Assembly: GCA_946965045.2 (NCBI GenBank)
Contig: OX337234.1
Span: 310,001-374,000, forward strand
Origin: Epithemia pelagica
Lineage: Eukaryota > Protista > Bacillariophyta
Length of the DNA: 64,000 nt
Direction: 5' to 3'
Made by a program: the position numbers and the translations under genes. Positions 23,830-36,841 of this stretch are shown here, one piece after another. Under the pieces are notes generated by a model, which was not told the origin of the DNA, searched no databases, and saw nothing but the letters and a program-made list of their open reading frames with translations. Every line of letters starts with the position of its first letter. Within the stretch, counting starts at the first letter, position 1.

Positions 23830-24948
23830 TTAGCTTGGAACTTTGCCAATCTCCAACAAACGTGCAAAGAGCCAACTCTTCTTGTCCACAAGTGACAGTG
23901 TTTCACGCGAAAATTTTTTTCCACTACTGCGAGTAATAACAGTAAGAGTATTCGGCAAGGACACCAGGTCACAAACATAGTTCCTTACTGTCAAGTCCGG
24001 AAGCTCCCAAACTATGTTTCTCACAGTATCCAGAACTTCCACAGCATATAAAGATTTATAGCTGTCATCGCATCCTCCTGCAACAACAAGACAGGAACCC
24101 ACTTGAACTGCAGACAATCCAGCTCTCGACTCATTCAAAGTGAGTTTCTTGTGGATGGTCCAGGACTTTGTGGACAATGCGACACTGGATGTGGCAGTGG
24201 GAGCATCCAACCAATCATCAAACTCCAGGTATTCAACCGAATCCAGACAACTGGCGGTTCCCAACCCACCAACAGCATAGATGCGCGAACCAACCACAGC
24301 CATAACAAAATCGAATCGACATTCTTTCAACGATGGCCCAGATTTGACCGAATACGGGTTCCCGGATACCGTGTCCAGGATATCAACGGATGATAAGAAG
24401 GTCTCGACACCAAAAATGCATCCGCCCGCCACCACAATAAATCTGTCAGAAACAGATACAGCGGCGCAGCCATGTCGTTTACTCGTCAAACGACAATTCA
24501 TTATCTTCCATCCATTGGAGCTGTTGCCGGAAGAAGAAGATGATGAATGAAGTAAATCGCCGACATGGATACGTTCAATAGTATCCAAGGCAGTGTGGCC
24601 GTTGAATCCGCCAATGGCGTAAACAGCGCCATTGCATACCACGGAAGCAAGATCTCTTCGTTTTTCTTGTAAAGGCGGCCCCTTTTGCCACCTGTTTTCG
24701 CCAACGTTCATGAGACTAACCAAATTCGTTGGACCACCAGAAGTAGGTCCCGCCCATCCTCCCAACAACACCAACAACTTGTCGTGGTTCGTGGTTGGGT
24801 GATTAACGACAATCAACCCTTTGCCCCACTCATGCCGTCCCAAGAGTGGAGGCCACCTATCACTAGATGGCCTCCACTTTGGTTCTATTTTGTCCTTGCT
24901 GTCGGCAAAGACCAATCCTGACAACGAAGCTTGTTCCTGGACCTTCAT
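23830..24948 (-). CDS. Kelch-repeat protein, array copy 3
   Basis: Intact 372 aa ORF with the same repeat architecture. Confidence 0.9.
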   Translation of the reverse strand: MKVQEQASLSGLVFADSKDKIEPKWRPSSDRWPPLLGRHEWGKGLIVVNHPTTNHDKLLVLLGGWAGPTSGGPTNLVSLMNVGENRWQKGPPLQEKRRDLASVVCNGAVYAIGGFNGHTALDTIERIHVGDLLHSSSSSSGNSSNGWKIMNCRLTSKRHGCAAVSVSDRFIVVAGGCIFGVETFLSSVDILDTVSGNPYSVKSGPSLKECRFDFVMAVVGSRIYAVGGLGTASCLDSVEYLEFDDWLDAPTATSSVALSTKSWTIHKKLTLNESRAGLSAVQVGSCLVVAGGCDDSYKSLYAVEVLDTVRNIVWELPDLTVRNYVCDLVSLPNTLTVITRSSGKKFSRETLSLVDKKSWLFARLLEIGKVPS

Positions 24949-25545
24949 CCTTTTGGGTATTGGACTATTTTTGTGGAACAGGTCAAAAAGGTTCTTTCTT
25001 CCTTCACGAGGGGCGGTTTCTTTTTGTTGATGGGTGCAGCCAAGTCAAATTCCAAGTGTTGTGGATGTTTCCGACTGACTGTTCCTGGACTGTGGAGGTT
25101 ATTGATGTTGGCCGTGGATGTTGTTGAAAACGACTGATTCGTGCTTGTTCTTCATCGAACACAAGTCCATCGTACATACTGTATTGGGAAAGTCAGTCGC
25201 CGATTGGAGGGAGTGGTTTCGATGACATGTACTCCCAAGCACATATTGAAATCAGGTCGCACCTGGGTCGCAAGCACGAGACGGATTGACTGAAGTTTTT
25301 TGATGTACCTTTAGGCACGACTTACAAGCGACCTAATTACTCTAGGCGTTTGGGAGTAGCACCGAGGCAGTCAAAACCGGACTAAGAGACGGACACCTAG
25401 GATGGCTACCCCACCAACCCTGCAAGCCATTATCGTCTCCGCTTTTGATCATGTGGATGCGAGAACAATTTGGGTAGCTATGACTTCGCTTGTATATGGA
25501 ACGAGAGCACAATTTCTCGGCCTAGAAAGAACAAGAACTGGAGAA

Positions 25546-28373
25546 CAATGGAAGTCTATCGGTCATTGGAGAATCCTATGCACCGACAGTGTTTCCAGTT
25601 CACAGAGACCACCAACATAATGGAACACAATCCAGTCGAAAAGCGAGACTGTCGTCAAATTCCAATCGGCATCTTGAAGTACGAGTACGAAATCTAGGTC
25701 ACAAAAGACTTTTTTCGTATTCCACGACAAGGGATGGATGCGTATGCACTATCAAAACTTGGAATCGAAACTATTTATGAGCGACAAAAGGATGCCAAGA
25801 AGAAACTTTGACACGACAGCACCGATCGATCGAGATAGTTGTGGACCAAAAAGCTTTTCTATCCTCCACTGCTTTTCCACTGATTTTTCATCATTCTTCC
25901 CGTTGAACGTTGCAACAAGTCATGGCAATAAAAAGATTTCAATTCTTATCTACCTACCAGGGCCCGTAACCACAGAACCTCTTTCACCAAGGGTGTAAAG
26001 AAAAGCATGTGAATAAGCATGTTGTACTGATTCCAAACACTTGTCCGGGTTAAGATGGAACTTTGCCAATCTCCAACAAACGTGCAAAGAGCCAACTCTT
26101 CTTATCCACAAGTGACAGTGTTTCACACGAAAACTCTTCTCCACTACTGCGACTAATCACAGCAAGAGTATTCGGCAAGGACACCAAGCCACAAACACTC
26201 CTCCACGCTGTCAAGTCCGGAAGCTCCCAAACCATGTTTCTCACAGTATCCAAAACCTCCACAGCATATACGGATTGATAGCTGTAATCGGATCCTCCTG
26301 CAACAACAAGACAGGATCCCAATTGGACTGCAGTAAATCCAGCTCGCGACTTGTTCAAAATTAGTTCCTTGTGGACGGTCCAGGACTTTTTGGACAATGC
26401 GACAGTGGATGCGGCAGTGGGAGCATTCAACCAGTCATCAAACTCAAGGTATTCGACAGATTCCCGATAATCCAAGGGGAATATACTCCCACCACACCCA
26501 CCAATAGCAAAGATGCGTGAACCTACCACAGCCATTGCAAAAAAGCTTCGAACTTCGTTCAACGATGGCCCAGATACGACCACACACGGGTTCCCGGATG
26601 CCGTGTCCAGGATCTCAACGGATGATAAGTGACTGTCGCCAGAAATGCGTCCACCCGCCACCACAATAAATCTGTCACAAACAGCTACCGCCGCGCAGCC
26701 ATATCGTTTACTTGTCAAACGACACTTCAACATCTTCCATCCTTTGGAGCTGCTCTTGAAAGATGATGATGACGATGATGAAGGAAGTAAATCGCCGACA
26801 GGGAAACGTTCAATAGTATCCAAGGCAGTGTCGCCGTTGTCTCCGCCAATGGCGTAAACAGCGCCATTGCAAACAACGGAAGCAAGGTTTCTTCGTTTTT
26901 CTTGTAGAGGCGGTCCAGTTTGCCATCTTTTCTCGTCAACGTTCCAGAGACTAACCAAATTCGTTGGACCCCCAGAAATAGGTTCCGGCCATCCTCCCAA
27001 CAAAACCACCATCTTGTCGCGGTTCATGGCTGGATGATGAACAAGAACCGACGCATGGCCCCCCCTATGCCGCCCCATGAGTGAGGTCCAGTTTTCACTA
27101 GATGGCCTCCACTTCGGTTCTATTTCGTCCTTTCTGTCGGCAAAGACCAATCCTGACAGCAAAGCTTGTTCCTGGACCTTCATCCTTGTGGGCATTGGAC
27201 TTTTTTTGTGGAACAGGTCAACAGGTTCTTTGTTCGTCTCAAGGAGCGCTTTCTTTTTCTGGCATCGAGAAACGTTTTTTCATGGATGTGTTTTGACTGA
27301 CTGGTAAGTTCTCGGTCCTTAGCTCTGAAGGTTATTGGTGATGACGATTGATTCGTGCTTGTTTTCCATCGAACACAATTTGACCGATCCAAATCCATCA
27401 TACATGTTGCGTTGGGAGAGTTCGAAGGGAAATAAGCGGAGCGGTTTCGATGGTTGAGAAGACACACCTCGACGGATCAGACAATAGGTGCTGATTCGCG
27501 CGTGACATGTGCTCGTTGAACTGTCCTAGTGGATCGATTGTTTTTTTCAGCGGACAACGGTTGCTTGATTCGTCTCCGAGGGCATTTCGATGGACGACGT
27601 CTTAGAATGCATATTTCCTCCTCCTTCTTTCTTGCCACTGAAATTGGTGTCATTGCTTTTCCGATTCATTTGCTACAATGACCAGTTGTCCATACCATCT
27701 GTGCAACATCTAGAGAATATGCAATCACAGCTCTCGTCATCATTAGCAATGGTCCGGCAAGCATCCTAGCAGGAATCTACCAGCCAAGAACACATTCGTC
27801 TCTGTCCCGTGCAAGGATATTTCTTGGAATGACCGGAGCGCTACTCTGCAACTCCTGCCATTGCAAGGAATATACTTGCACGAGTGTATGCTCGCCGAAT
27901 ACTTGTGTGCAATAAGGATGAAGAAAAGGACCATTCGTAGACGAAATACCATCCCAAATACAAACGCCTGCTGTAGAATCATCAGAGTCTTTGCGACCAG
28001 TCAGGTATCTGCCATCGAAATTCCAACCGTCTGCTCCAGAACAACACACTCTTTTGGTTCCCTTCAGGGGCCGAGGTCTCCACCAATGCCTACTACGCAT
28101 TGCCGAACGAGCTGCTCGGAACGTTGGCGACTCTTTGTATTAAAGAGACAGACCACCCAGCCAAGCCTCCACGATTCCTGGACCCCGACCTTCACGGATC
28201 TCCAGAAGGAGCCGAACCATCATCCCACAGCATCGTGCGGCTCATTCGGGAGGTCGTGAAGGTTGGGGTCCACCGTTCCATACATAGTACCCCAAAAGGA
28301 CAAAAACAACAACCACAAGAGCCTCCCATCACGACCACTCCCTCTCTTTTGGCCAAGATCTTGTTGTGGTTGT
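25546..28373. repeat. Recent segmental duplication, unit A (near-identical to 32110-34940)
   Basis: Offset ~6564-6567 bp. Flanking shadow ORFs are identical (e.g. 25738..25998 = 32302..32562). Unit B lacks ~0.93 kb equivalent to 28374-29300 and then matches 29300-30040 again. Confidence 0.9.
26050..27195 (-). CDS. Kelch-repeat protein, array copy 4
   Basis: Intact 381 aa ORF. Confidence 0.9.
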   Translation of the reverse strand: MPTRMKVQEQALLSGLVFADRKDEIEPKWRPSSENWTSLMGRHRGGHASVLVHHPAMNRDKMVVLLGGWPEPISGGPTNLVSLWNVDEKRWQTGPPLQEKRRNLASVVCNGAVYAIGGDNGDTALDTIERFPVGDLLPSSSSSSSFKSSSKGWKMLKCRLTSKRYGCAAVAVCDRFIVVAGGRISGDSHLSSVEILDTASGNPCVVVSGPSLNEVRSFFAMAVVGSRIFAIGGCGGSIFPLDYRESVEYLEFDDWLNAPTAASTVALSKKSWTVHKELILNKSRAGFTAVQLGSCLVVAGGSDYSYQSVYAVEVLDTVRNMVWELPDLTAWRSVCGLVSLPNTLAVISRSSGEEFSCETLSLVDKKSWLFARLLEIGKVPS

Positions 28374-29147
28374 TGTACATCCGTGAATATAGCAGCACGA
28401 TGACTCTTGAATGGTAGTGCCTCGTCCAGTGGTTGTGAATGTGGTAGCTTGCCGGCAGGTGCAGTACTTTGTACATCGGCCCGTTCTGTCTCGTTCTACG
28501 AAGCACAATGACCCGGTCCATCCAACCCTGCCTGCTTTGGATGCGGAAACGAGTTTGACACGCGGATGAATAAAACAAGTTATGCGGATGGATGAAATAA
28601 AAGTTGACCCTCATTTTTGCAGACACGACGACAGGACCAAACGGCCTACTAGCAGAAGCCAACACAACCAAACAGAGAAACGGAATCACCAATATCACAA
28701 CACACGGATACACGCTGTCCGACAGCGGACAGCTTCGCACACCGCCATTGCCAATTATTTGTTGTTGTTGTTTCTAATCCGCACCGGAAAGGAAACCATG
28801 CGCGCGTGATCATCACCACGCCGGGTCGCGCATTGCGGAGGAGTGTAGCGCGCGCAACGTCTCACAAAATTCCAAGAACGCGAAAGAAAAAAGTGAAGAC
28901 CACATTCCAAACAAGACACAAGACAAAGGAGGAGAAGAGGAGGGGGACGAGACTTTAGTGGCTTACGAATGTCAGGACAACCACAACGACAACAACAACA
29001 ACAACAACAACAGCAGCAGCAAAACCACCACCCAAAGGGTCTCGTACTGCCACTGCCAACACAACCATCACTCAAGTGCTGGAACCGAACTATGCGGATA
29101 CCACTGAACCCATTCCTCCCACAACACCAACAAAAATACCCACCCAG

Positions 29148-29149
<2 letters not shown>

Positions 29150-29185
<36 letters not shown>

Positions 29186-29186
29186 G
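29150..29186 (+). repeat. (ACA)n microsatellite
   Basis: About 12 uninterrupted ACA units. The paralogous site near 50905 has only a few. Confidence 0.85.
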
Positions 29187-30037
29187 AAGAAAAGGCATTC
29201 TTCTTTTTGCCCTGGCGACTGGAGGTGACACCCGGTTATCTATGGGGAATGGTGGAATCTGGAGGCTGCACCAGAACAAACAGAGAAACCACACCATCCG
29301 AACCAATCATTCAAACTCCCGAACGTTGATTCGTCATGATGCAACAATGGGCGCAATGGAATCGACGACAACCACCACCACCACCCATTGTAGATAGAAG
29401 TAGCGCCACTGAGCCGTCGTCGCCATGGTCCTGGGAGCCACACCCTGGGACATGCTGAAGGTCCTTCCGTCTGCTCCAACAGCAACCGCAATAAAGGGAA
29501 TCCAACCACACGGAGAGAATGCGTCATGATCCCATATGGTCCCCGGTCGATAACCATATGTCATGCATAATTTGAGTACTCCGTTTCGTTTTGGTTTTTT
29601 GGGTACACCATCGAGTCAAGAATCCTCCCATCTCCAAACAACATGGATTCGGCTTCCTATAACCTTTTCCGCATTCACCAATACCAGATCTTCACAGTGA
29701 GATGGTCTTTGTACAGGATTTGCGGGTGGACTAAGCTAAAAGCCAAAGGATATTATTTAGCACTAGCTCTTGCAGTGAGATGTATCTCTATACACCATGG
29801 GAGACGGAACGATATCACAGTTTCTCGACCTAAACGGAAAACGGATGACCAATGTCGGCCGATACTGTCTTTGGCAAATCGCCTACAGACACCACTCTCG
29901 ATCTCTGCTGCCAGTATGCATAGACCATATCCAGGATGGGACACAATCGAACCAAAACACGACAGTCAATTCCTACCCCGTCACCACAGAACCTCTTGAC
30001 ACAGGGTCCGAAAGAAAAGCATGAGTGTATTGTGCTG

Positions 30038-31177
30038 TTAGCTTGGAACTTCGCCGATCTCCAACAGACGTGCAAAGAGCCAACTCTTCTTGTCCACAAG
30101 TGAAAGCGTTTTACACGAAAACTCTTCTCCACTACTGCGAGTAATCACAGCAAGAGTATTCGACAAGGACAACAGGCCACAACCACCCCACTTCTCTGTC
30201 AAGTCCGGAAGCTCCCAAACCATGTTTCTCACAGTATCCAAAACCTCCAAAGCATATACGGTTTTACCGTTGTCATCGCATCCTCCTGCAACAACAAGAC
30301 AGGAACCCAATTGGACCGCAGAAAATACCACTTGGCCTGGAGAAACTACAATTCTCGGCTTGCTCAAAACGAGTTTCTTGTGGACGGTCCAAGACTTTGT
30401 CGACAATGCGACAGTGGATGTGGCAGGATCCAACCAGTCATCAAACTCAAGGTATTCGACCGAATCCAGGCATCTGGCGAACAGATTCCGCCACCCACCA
30501 ACAGCATAGATGCGTGGACCTACCACAGCCATAACAAAGTCGCTTCGACCTACGTTCAACGATGGCCCAGATACGACCGAATACGGGTTCCCAGATGCCG
30601 TGTCCAGGATCTCAACGGATGATAAGTGACGGTCGCCAGAAATGCGTCCACCCGCCACCACAATAAATCTGTCAGAAACAGCTACAGCGGCGCAGCCCTT
30701 GCGTTTACTCGTCAAACGACACTTCAGCATCTTCCATCCCTTGGTGCTGATGCTGGAAGAAGAACATGATGATGAATAATGAAGTAAATCGCCGACATGG
30801 ATACGTTCAATAGTATCCAAGACAGTGTGGCCATTGAATCCGCCAATGACGTAAACAGCGCCATTGCATACCACGGTAGCAAGGTTTCTTCGTTTTTCTT
30901 GTAGAGGCGGTCCATTTTGCCACCTATTCTCCCCAACATTCCAGAGACTAACCAAATTTGTTGGACAAGAAAGTCGACCTCCCAACACAATCACCATCTT
31001 GTGGTTCATGGCTGGATGATGCACGAGTACCAACCCGTAGCCCCACACATGCCGTCCCAAGAGTGGAGGCCCAATATTACTAGATGGCCTCCATTGCGGT
31101 TCTATTTTGTCCTTGCTATCGGCAAAGACCAATCCTGACAACGAAGCTTGTTCCTGGATCTTCATCTTTGAGGGCAT
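30038..31177 (-). CDS. Kelch-repeat protein, array copy 5
   Basis: Intact ORF. ATG at 31177 (MPSKMKIQEQ) by alignment. It carries a short insertion (IVVSPGQVV) shared with copy 9. Confidence 0.9.
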   Translation of the reverse strand: MPSKMKIQEQASLSGLVFADSKDKIEPQWRPSSNIGPPLLGRHVWGYGLVLVHHPAMNHKMVIVLGGRLSCPTNLVSLWNVGENRWQNGPPLQEKRRNLATVVCNGAVYVIGGFNGHTVLDTIERIHVGDLLHYSSSCSSSSISTKGWKMLKCRLTSKRKGCAAVAVSDRFIVVAGGRISGDRHLSSVEILDTASGNPYSVVSGPSLNVGRSDFVMAVVGPRIYAVGGWRNLFARCLDSVEYLEFDDWLDPATSTVALSTKSWTVHKKLVLSKPRIVVSPGQVVFSAVQLGSCLVVAGGCDDNGKTVYALEVLDTVRNMVWELPDLTEKWGGCGLLSLSNTLAVITRSSGEEFSCKTLSLVDKKSWLFARLLEIGEVPS

Positions 31178-32109
31178 TGAGGTTTTTGTGGAACAGGTGA
31201 AAAAGGTCGTTACTCTACGAGAAGCTTTTTCTTTTTTGTGGCATAAAGACACGTTTTGGCCGCTTTCTTTTTGCGGCATCAAGAATCGTTGTGTGATGGA
31301 TGTGTTTCGACTGACTGTTTCGCTTTCGTTCCTGGAATCTGAAGGTTATTGGTGTTGGCGTAGTTTGTTATTGATAGCGACTGATTCGTGCTCGTTCTTA
31401 ATCGAACACAATTCGACCGATCCAGATCCATCCTACATGCTGTATTCGGAAAGTCAGTCGCCGATTGGAAGGGAAAGGAGCGGAGCGGTTTCGATGGTTG
31501 AGAAGACACACCTCGACGGATCTCAAGCTGATTCGCACTGTATACCGGCCAGGCGTGACATGTGCTCGTTGAACTGTCCGCCTTTTCAGCGGACCACGGT
31601 TGCTTGATTCGTCTCCGAGGCATTTCGAGGGACGATGTCCTAGCATGCAAAACTGATGCGTCGCTTCATAGTTCGATTGTTGGTTGACAATTGAACCTAT
31701 ACATTACCTACTTCCAATGTCCAGACACATTCACAGCTTGGCCACCTCATAGCACGATTCATGGTAGACATCAACTTCTACATTACGGATTTCCACCGTC
31801 AAATAGATCTTCCATATCCACCCCGGCAAGGACATGTTCGCCACCAGCTGCACTCCACCATCATCAATCAATAGCATCATCACAACACAAGGATACACCC
31901 TGTTCGACCGCGCTCACCCCCGCCATCGCCATTGCAAGGCAAAATTTGATGTGTGGTTGTGGGTTGTGCAATCACCGTCGCTGGTAGGTCGCTTTTGACC
32001 ATGTGGATGCGAAAAATTTGGGTAGCTATGTGTGGATGGCCCATCGCTAGTACTCCTAAATGGAACGAGAGCACAATTTCTCGGCCTAGGAAGAACAAGA
32101 AATGGTGAC

Positions 32110-34940
32110 CAATGAAAGTCTATCGGTCATTGGAGAATCCTATGCACCGACAGTGTTTCCAGTTCACAGAGACCACCAACATAATGGAACACAATCCAGT
32201 CGAAAAGCGAGACTGTCGTCAAATTCCAATCGGCATCTTGAAGTACGAGTACGAAATCTAGGTCACAAAAGACTTTTTTCGTATTCCACGACAAGGGATG
32301 GATGCGTATGCACTATCAAAACTTGGAATCGAAACTATTTATGAGCGACAAAAGGATGCCAAGAAGAAACTTTGACACGACAGCACCGATCGATCGAGAT
32401 AGTTGTGGACCAAAAAGCTTTTCTATCCTCCACTGCTTTTCCACTGATTTTTCATCATTCTTCCCGTTGAACGTTGCAACAAGTCATGGCAATAAAAAGA
32501 TTTCAATTCTTATCTACCTACCAGGGCCCGTAACCACAGAACCTCTTTCACCAAGGGTGTAAAGAAAAGCATGTGAATAAGCATGTTGTACTGATTCCAA
32601 ACACTTGTCCGGGTTAAGATGGAACTTTGCCAATCTCCAACAAACGTGCAAAGAGCCAACTCTTCTTATCCACAAGTGACAGTGTTTCACACGAAAACTC
32701 TTCTCCACTACTGCGACTAATCACAGCAAGAGTATTGGGCAAGGACACCAAGCCACAAACACTCCTCCACGCTGTCAAGTCCGGAAGCTCCCAAACCATG
32801 TTTCTCACAGTATCCAAAACCTCCACAGCATATACGGATTGATAGCTGTAATCGGATCCTCCTGCAACAACAAGACAGGAACCCAATTGGACTGCAGTAA
32901 ATCCAGCTCGCGACTTGTTCAAAATTAGTTCCTTGTGGACGGTCCAGGACTTTTTGGACAATGCGACAGTGGATGGGGCAGTGGGAGCATTCAACCAGTC
33001 ATCAAACTCAAGGTATTCGACAGATTCCCGGCAATCCAAGGGGAATATACTCCCCCCACACCCACCAATAGCAAAGATGCGTGAACCTACCACAGCCATT
33101 GCAAAAAAGCTTCGAACTTCGTTCAACGATGGCCCAGAAAGGACTGAATACGGGTTCCCGGATGCCGTGTCAAGTATATCAACGGATGATAAAGGACTGT
33201 CGTTTGTAGAAATTTGTCCGCCCGCCACCACAATAAATCTGTCACAAACAGCAACAGCGGCGCAGCCATGTCGTTTACTCGTCAAACGACAATTCATCAT
33301 CTTCCATCCATTTGAGCTGTTACTGGAAGAAGATGATGACGATGATGAAGGAAGTAAATCTCCGACAGGAATACGTTCAATAGTATCCAAGGTAGTGTGG
33401 CCATTGAATCCGCCAATGACGTAAACAGCGCCATTGCATACCACAGAAGCAAGATTTCTTCGTTTTTCTTGTAAAGGCGGTCCTGTTTGCCATCTTTTCT
33501 CGTCAACGTTCCAGAGACTAACCAAATTCGTTGGACCCCCAGAAATAGGTTCCGGCAATCCTCCCAACAAAACCACCATCTTGTCGCGGTTCATGGCTGG
33601 ATGATGAACAAGAACCGACGCATGGCCCCCCATATGCCGCCCCATGAGTGAGGTCCAGTTTTCATTAGATGGCCTCCACTTCGGTTCTATTTCGTCCTTT
33701 CTGTCGGCAAAGACCAATCCTGACAGCAAAGCTTGTTCCTGGACCTTCATCCTTGTGGGCATTGGACTTTTTTTGTGGAACAGGTCAACAGGTTCTTTGT
33801 TCGTCTCAAGGAGCGCTTTCTTTTTCTGGCATCGAGAAACGTTTTTTCATGGATGTGTTTTGACTGACTGGTAAGTTCTCGGTCCTAAGCTCTGGAGGTT
33901 ATTGGTGATGACGATTGATTCGTGCTTGTTTTCCATCGAACACAATTTGACCGATCCAAATCCATCATACATGTTGCGTTGGGAGAGTTCGAAGGGAAAT
34001 AAGCGGAGCGATTTCGATGGTTGAGAAGACACACCTCGACGGATCAGACAATAGGTGCTGATTCGCGCGTGACATGTGCTCGTTGAACTGTCCGAGTGGA
34101 TCGATTGTTTTTTTCAGCGGACAACGGTTGCTTGATTCGTCTCCGAGGGCATTTCGATGGACGACGTCTTAGAATGCATATTTCCTCCTCCTTCTTTCTT
34201 GCCACTGAAATTGGTGTCATTGCTTTTCCGATTCATTTGCTACAATGACCAGTTGTCCATACCATTTGTGCAACATCTAGAGAATATGCAATCACAGCTC
34301 TCGTCATCATTAGCAATGGTCCGGCAAGCATCCTTGCAGGAATCTACCAGCCAAGAACACATTCGTCTCTGTCCCGTGCAAGGATATTTCTTGGAATGAC
34401 CGGAGCGCTACTCTGCAACTCCTGCCATTGCAAGGAATATACTTGCACGAGTGTATGCTCGCCGAATACTTGTGTGCAATAAGGATGAAGAAAAGGACCA
34501 TTCGTAGACGAAATACCATCCCAAATACAAACGCCTGCTGTAGAATCATCAGAGTCTTTGCAACCAGTCAGGTATCTGCCATCGAAATTCCAACCGTCTG
34601 CTCCAGAACAACACACTCTTTTGGTTTCCTGCAGGGGCCGAGGTCTCCACCAATGCCTACTACGCATTGCCGAACGAGCTGCTGGGAACGTTGGCGACTC
34701 TTGGTATTAAAGAGTCAGACCACCCAGCCAAGCCACCACGATTCCTGGACCCCGACCTGCACTAATCTCCAGAATGAGCCGAACCATCATCCCACAGCAT
34801 CGTGCGGCTCATTCGGGAGGTCGTGAAGGTTGGGGTCCACCGTTCCATACATAGTACCCCAATAGGACAAAAACAACAACCACAAGAGCCTCCCATCACG
34901 ACGACTCCATCTCTTTTGGCCAAGATCTTGTTGTGGTTGA
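32110..34940. repeat. Recent segmental duplication, unit B (copy of 25546-28373)
   Basis: See unit A. Confidence 0.9.
32614..33762 (-). CDS. Kelch-repeat protein, array copy 6 (mosaic of copies 4 and 7)
   Basis: Intact 382 aa ORF. Both ends match copy 4; the central ~350 bp match copy 7. Confidence 0.9.
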   Translation of the reverse strand: MPTRMKVQEQALLSGLVFADRKDEIEPKWRPSNENWTSLMGRHMGGHASVLVHHPAMNRDKMVVLLGGLPEPISGGPTNLVSLWNVDEKRWQTGPPLQEKRRNLASVVCNGAVYVIGGFNGHTTLDTIERIPVGDLLPSSSSSSSSSNSSNGWKMMNCRLTSKRHGCAAVAVCDRFIVVAGGQISTNDSPLSSVDILDTASGNPYSVLSGPSLNEVRSFFAMAVVGSRIFAIGGCGGSIFPLDCRESVEYLEFDDWLNAPTAPSTVALSKKSWTVHKELILNKSRAGFTAVQLGSCLVVAGGSDYSYQSVYAVEVLDTVRNMVWELPDLTAWRSVCGLVSLPNTLAVISRSSGEEFSCETLSLVDKKSWLFARLLEIGKVPS

Positions 34941-35692
34941 ACCAATGATTCAAACTCCCGAACGTTGATTCGTCAGGATGCAACAACGGGCGCAATGGAA
35001 TCAACTACAACCACCACCACCACCACCACCACCCATTGTAGATAGAAGTAGCGCCACTGAGCCGTCGTCGCCATGGTCCTGGGAGCCACACCCTGGGACA
35101 TGCTGAAGGTCCTTCCGTCTGCTCCAACAGCAACCGCAATAAAGGGAATCCAACCACACGGAGAGAATGCGTCATGATCACATATGGTCCCCGGTCGACC
35201 ACCAGAACATACACAATTTGATTACTCCGTTTCGTTTTGGTTTTTTGGGTACACCAGCGAGTCAAGAATCCTCCCATCTCCAAACAACATGGATTCGGCT
35301 TCCTATAACCTTTTCCACCAACACCAGAACTTCACAGTGAGATGGGGCATAAAGGTCTTTGTACAAGATTTGTGGGTGGACTAAGCTAACAGCCAAAGGA
35401 TATGTTTTAGCACTATAGATCTACTCCTAGCAGTAAGATGAATCTGTATGCCTATGGGAGACGGAACGATATCACAGTTTCTCGACCTAAACGGAAAACC
35501 GGATGACCGACGTCGGTCCATACTGTCTTTGGCAAATCGCATACAGACACCACTCTCGATCTCTGCTGCCAGAACACAGAGACCACATCTAGGATGGGAA
35601 ACAAACGAACCAAAACACGACAGTCAATTCCTACCCCGTCAACACAGAACCTCTTGACACAGGGGCCGCATATACAAGAGTGTATTGTGCTC

Positions 35693-36841
35693 CTAGGTTG
35701 GAACTTTGCCGATCTCCAACAAACGTGCAAAGAGCCAACTCTTCATGTCCATAAGTGACAGTGTTTCACACGAAAATCTTTTCCCACTGCTTTGAGTAAT
35801 CACAGAAAGAGTATTCGACAAAGACACCAGGTCACAAACATCCCTCCTCTTTGTCAAGTCCGGAAGCTCCCAAACCATGTTTCTCACAGTATCCAAAACC
35901 TCCACAGCATAGACGGATTTATAGCTGTCATCGTATCCTCCTGCAACAACCAGACAGGAGCCCACTTGGACTGCAGTAAATCCAGCTTGCGACTTGTTCA
36001 AAATGAGTTCCTTGTGGACGGTCCAGGACTTTGTGGACAATGTGACACTGGATGTGGCAGTGGGAGCATCCAACCAGTCATCAAACTCAAGGTATTCGAC
36101 AGATTGCCGGGAAACCAAGGGGAATATACTCCTCCCACGCCCACCAATAGCAAAGATGCGTGAACCTACCACAGCCATTGCAAAAAAGCTTCGACCTTCT
36201 TTCAACGATGGCCCAGAAAGGACTGAATACGGGTTCCCGGATGCCGTGTCAAGTATATCAACGGATGATAAAGGACTGTCGTTTGTAGAAATTTGTCCGC
36301 CCGCCACCACAATAAATCTGTCACAAACAGCAACAGCGGCGCAGCCATGTCGTTTACTCGTCAAACGACAATTCATCATCTTCCATCCATTTGAGCTGTT
36401 ACTGGAAGAAGATGATGAGGATGATGAATGAAGTAAATCTCCGACAGGAATACGTTCAATAGTATCCAAGGTAGTGTGGCCATTGAATCCGCCAATGACG
36501 TAAACAGCGCCATTGCATACCACAGAAGCAAGATTTCTTCGTTTTTCTTGTAAAGGCGGTCCTGTTTGCCATCTTGAATCGCCAACGTTCATGAGACTAA
36601 CCAAATTTGTTGCACCATCAGAAATAGGGCCCGGCCATCCTCCCGACAACACCAACAACTTGTCGCGGTTCATGGCTGGATGATGAACAAGAACCGACGC
36701 ATGGCCCCACACATGCCGCCCCATGAGTGGAGTCCAATTTTTACTAGATGGCCTCCACTGCGGTTTTATTTCGTCCTTTCTGTCGGCAAAGACCAATCCT
36801 GACAACAACGCTTGTTCCTGGACCTTCATCCTTGTGGGCAT
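35693..36841 (-). CDS. Kelch-repeat protein, array copy 7
   Basis: Intact ORF; ATG at 36841 (MPTRMKVQEQ). Confidence 0.9.
   Translation of the reverse strand: MPTRMKVQEQALLSGLVFADRKDEIKPQWRPSSKNWTPLMGRHVWGHASVLVHHPAMNRDKLLVLSGGWPGPISDGATNLVSLMNVGDSRWQTGPPLQEKRRNLASVVCNGAVYVIGGFNGHTTLDTIERIPVGDLLHSSSSSSSSSNSSNGWKMMNCRLTSKRHGCAAVAVCDRFIVVAGGQISTNDSPLSSVDILDTASGNPYSVLSGPSLKEGRSFFAMAVVGSRIFAIGGRGRSIFPLVSRQSVEYLEFDDWLDAPTATSSVTLSTKSWTVHKELILNKSQAGFTAVQVGSCLVVAGGYDDSYKSVYAVEVLDTVRNMVWELPDLTKRRDVCDLVSLSNTLSVITQSSGKRFSCETLSLMDMKSWLFARLLEIGKVPT

Noticed and set aside
28755-29560. PolyQ/T-rich ORFs in the spacer (also 50360-51049, 34762-35283, 61023-61495)
   Set aside because: Frames differ between paralogous copies and are held open by microsatellites. 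No consistent protein can be supported, although a decayed gene cannot be excluded.
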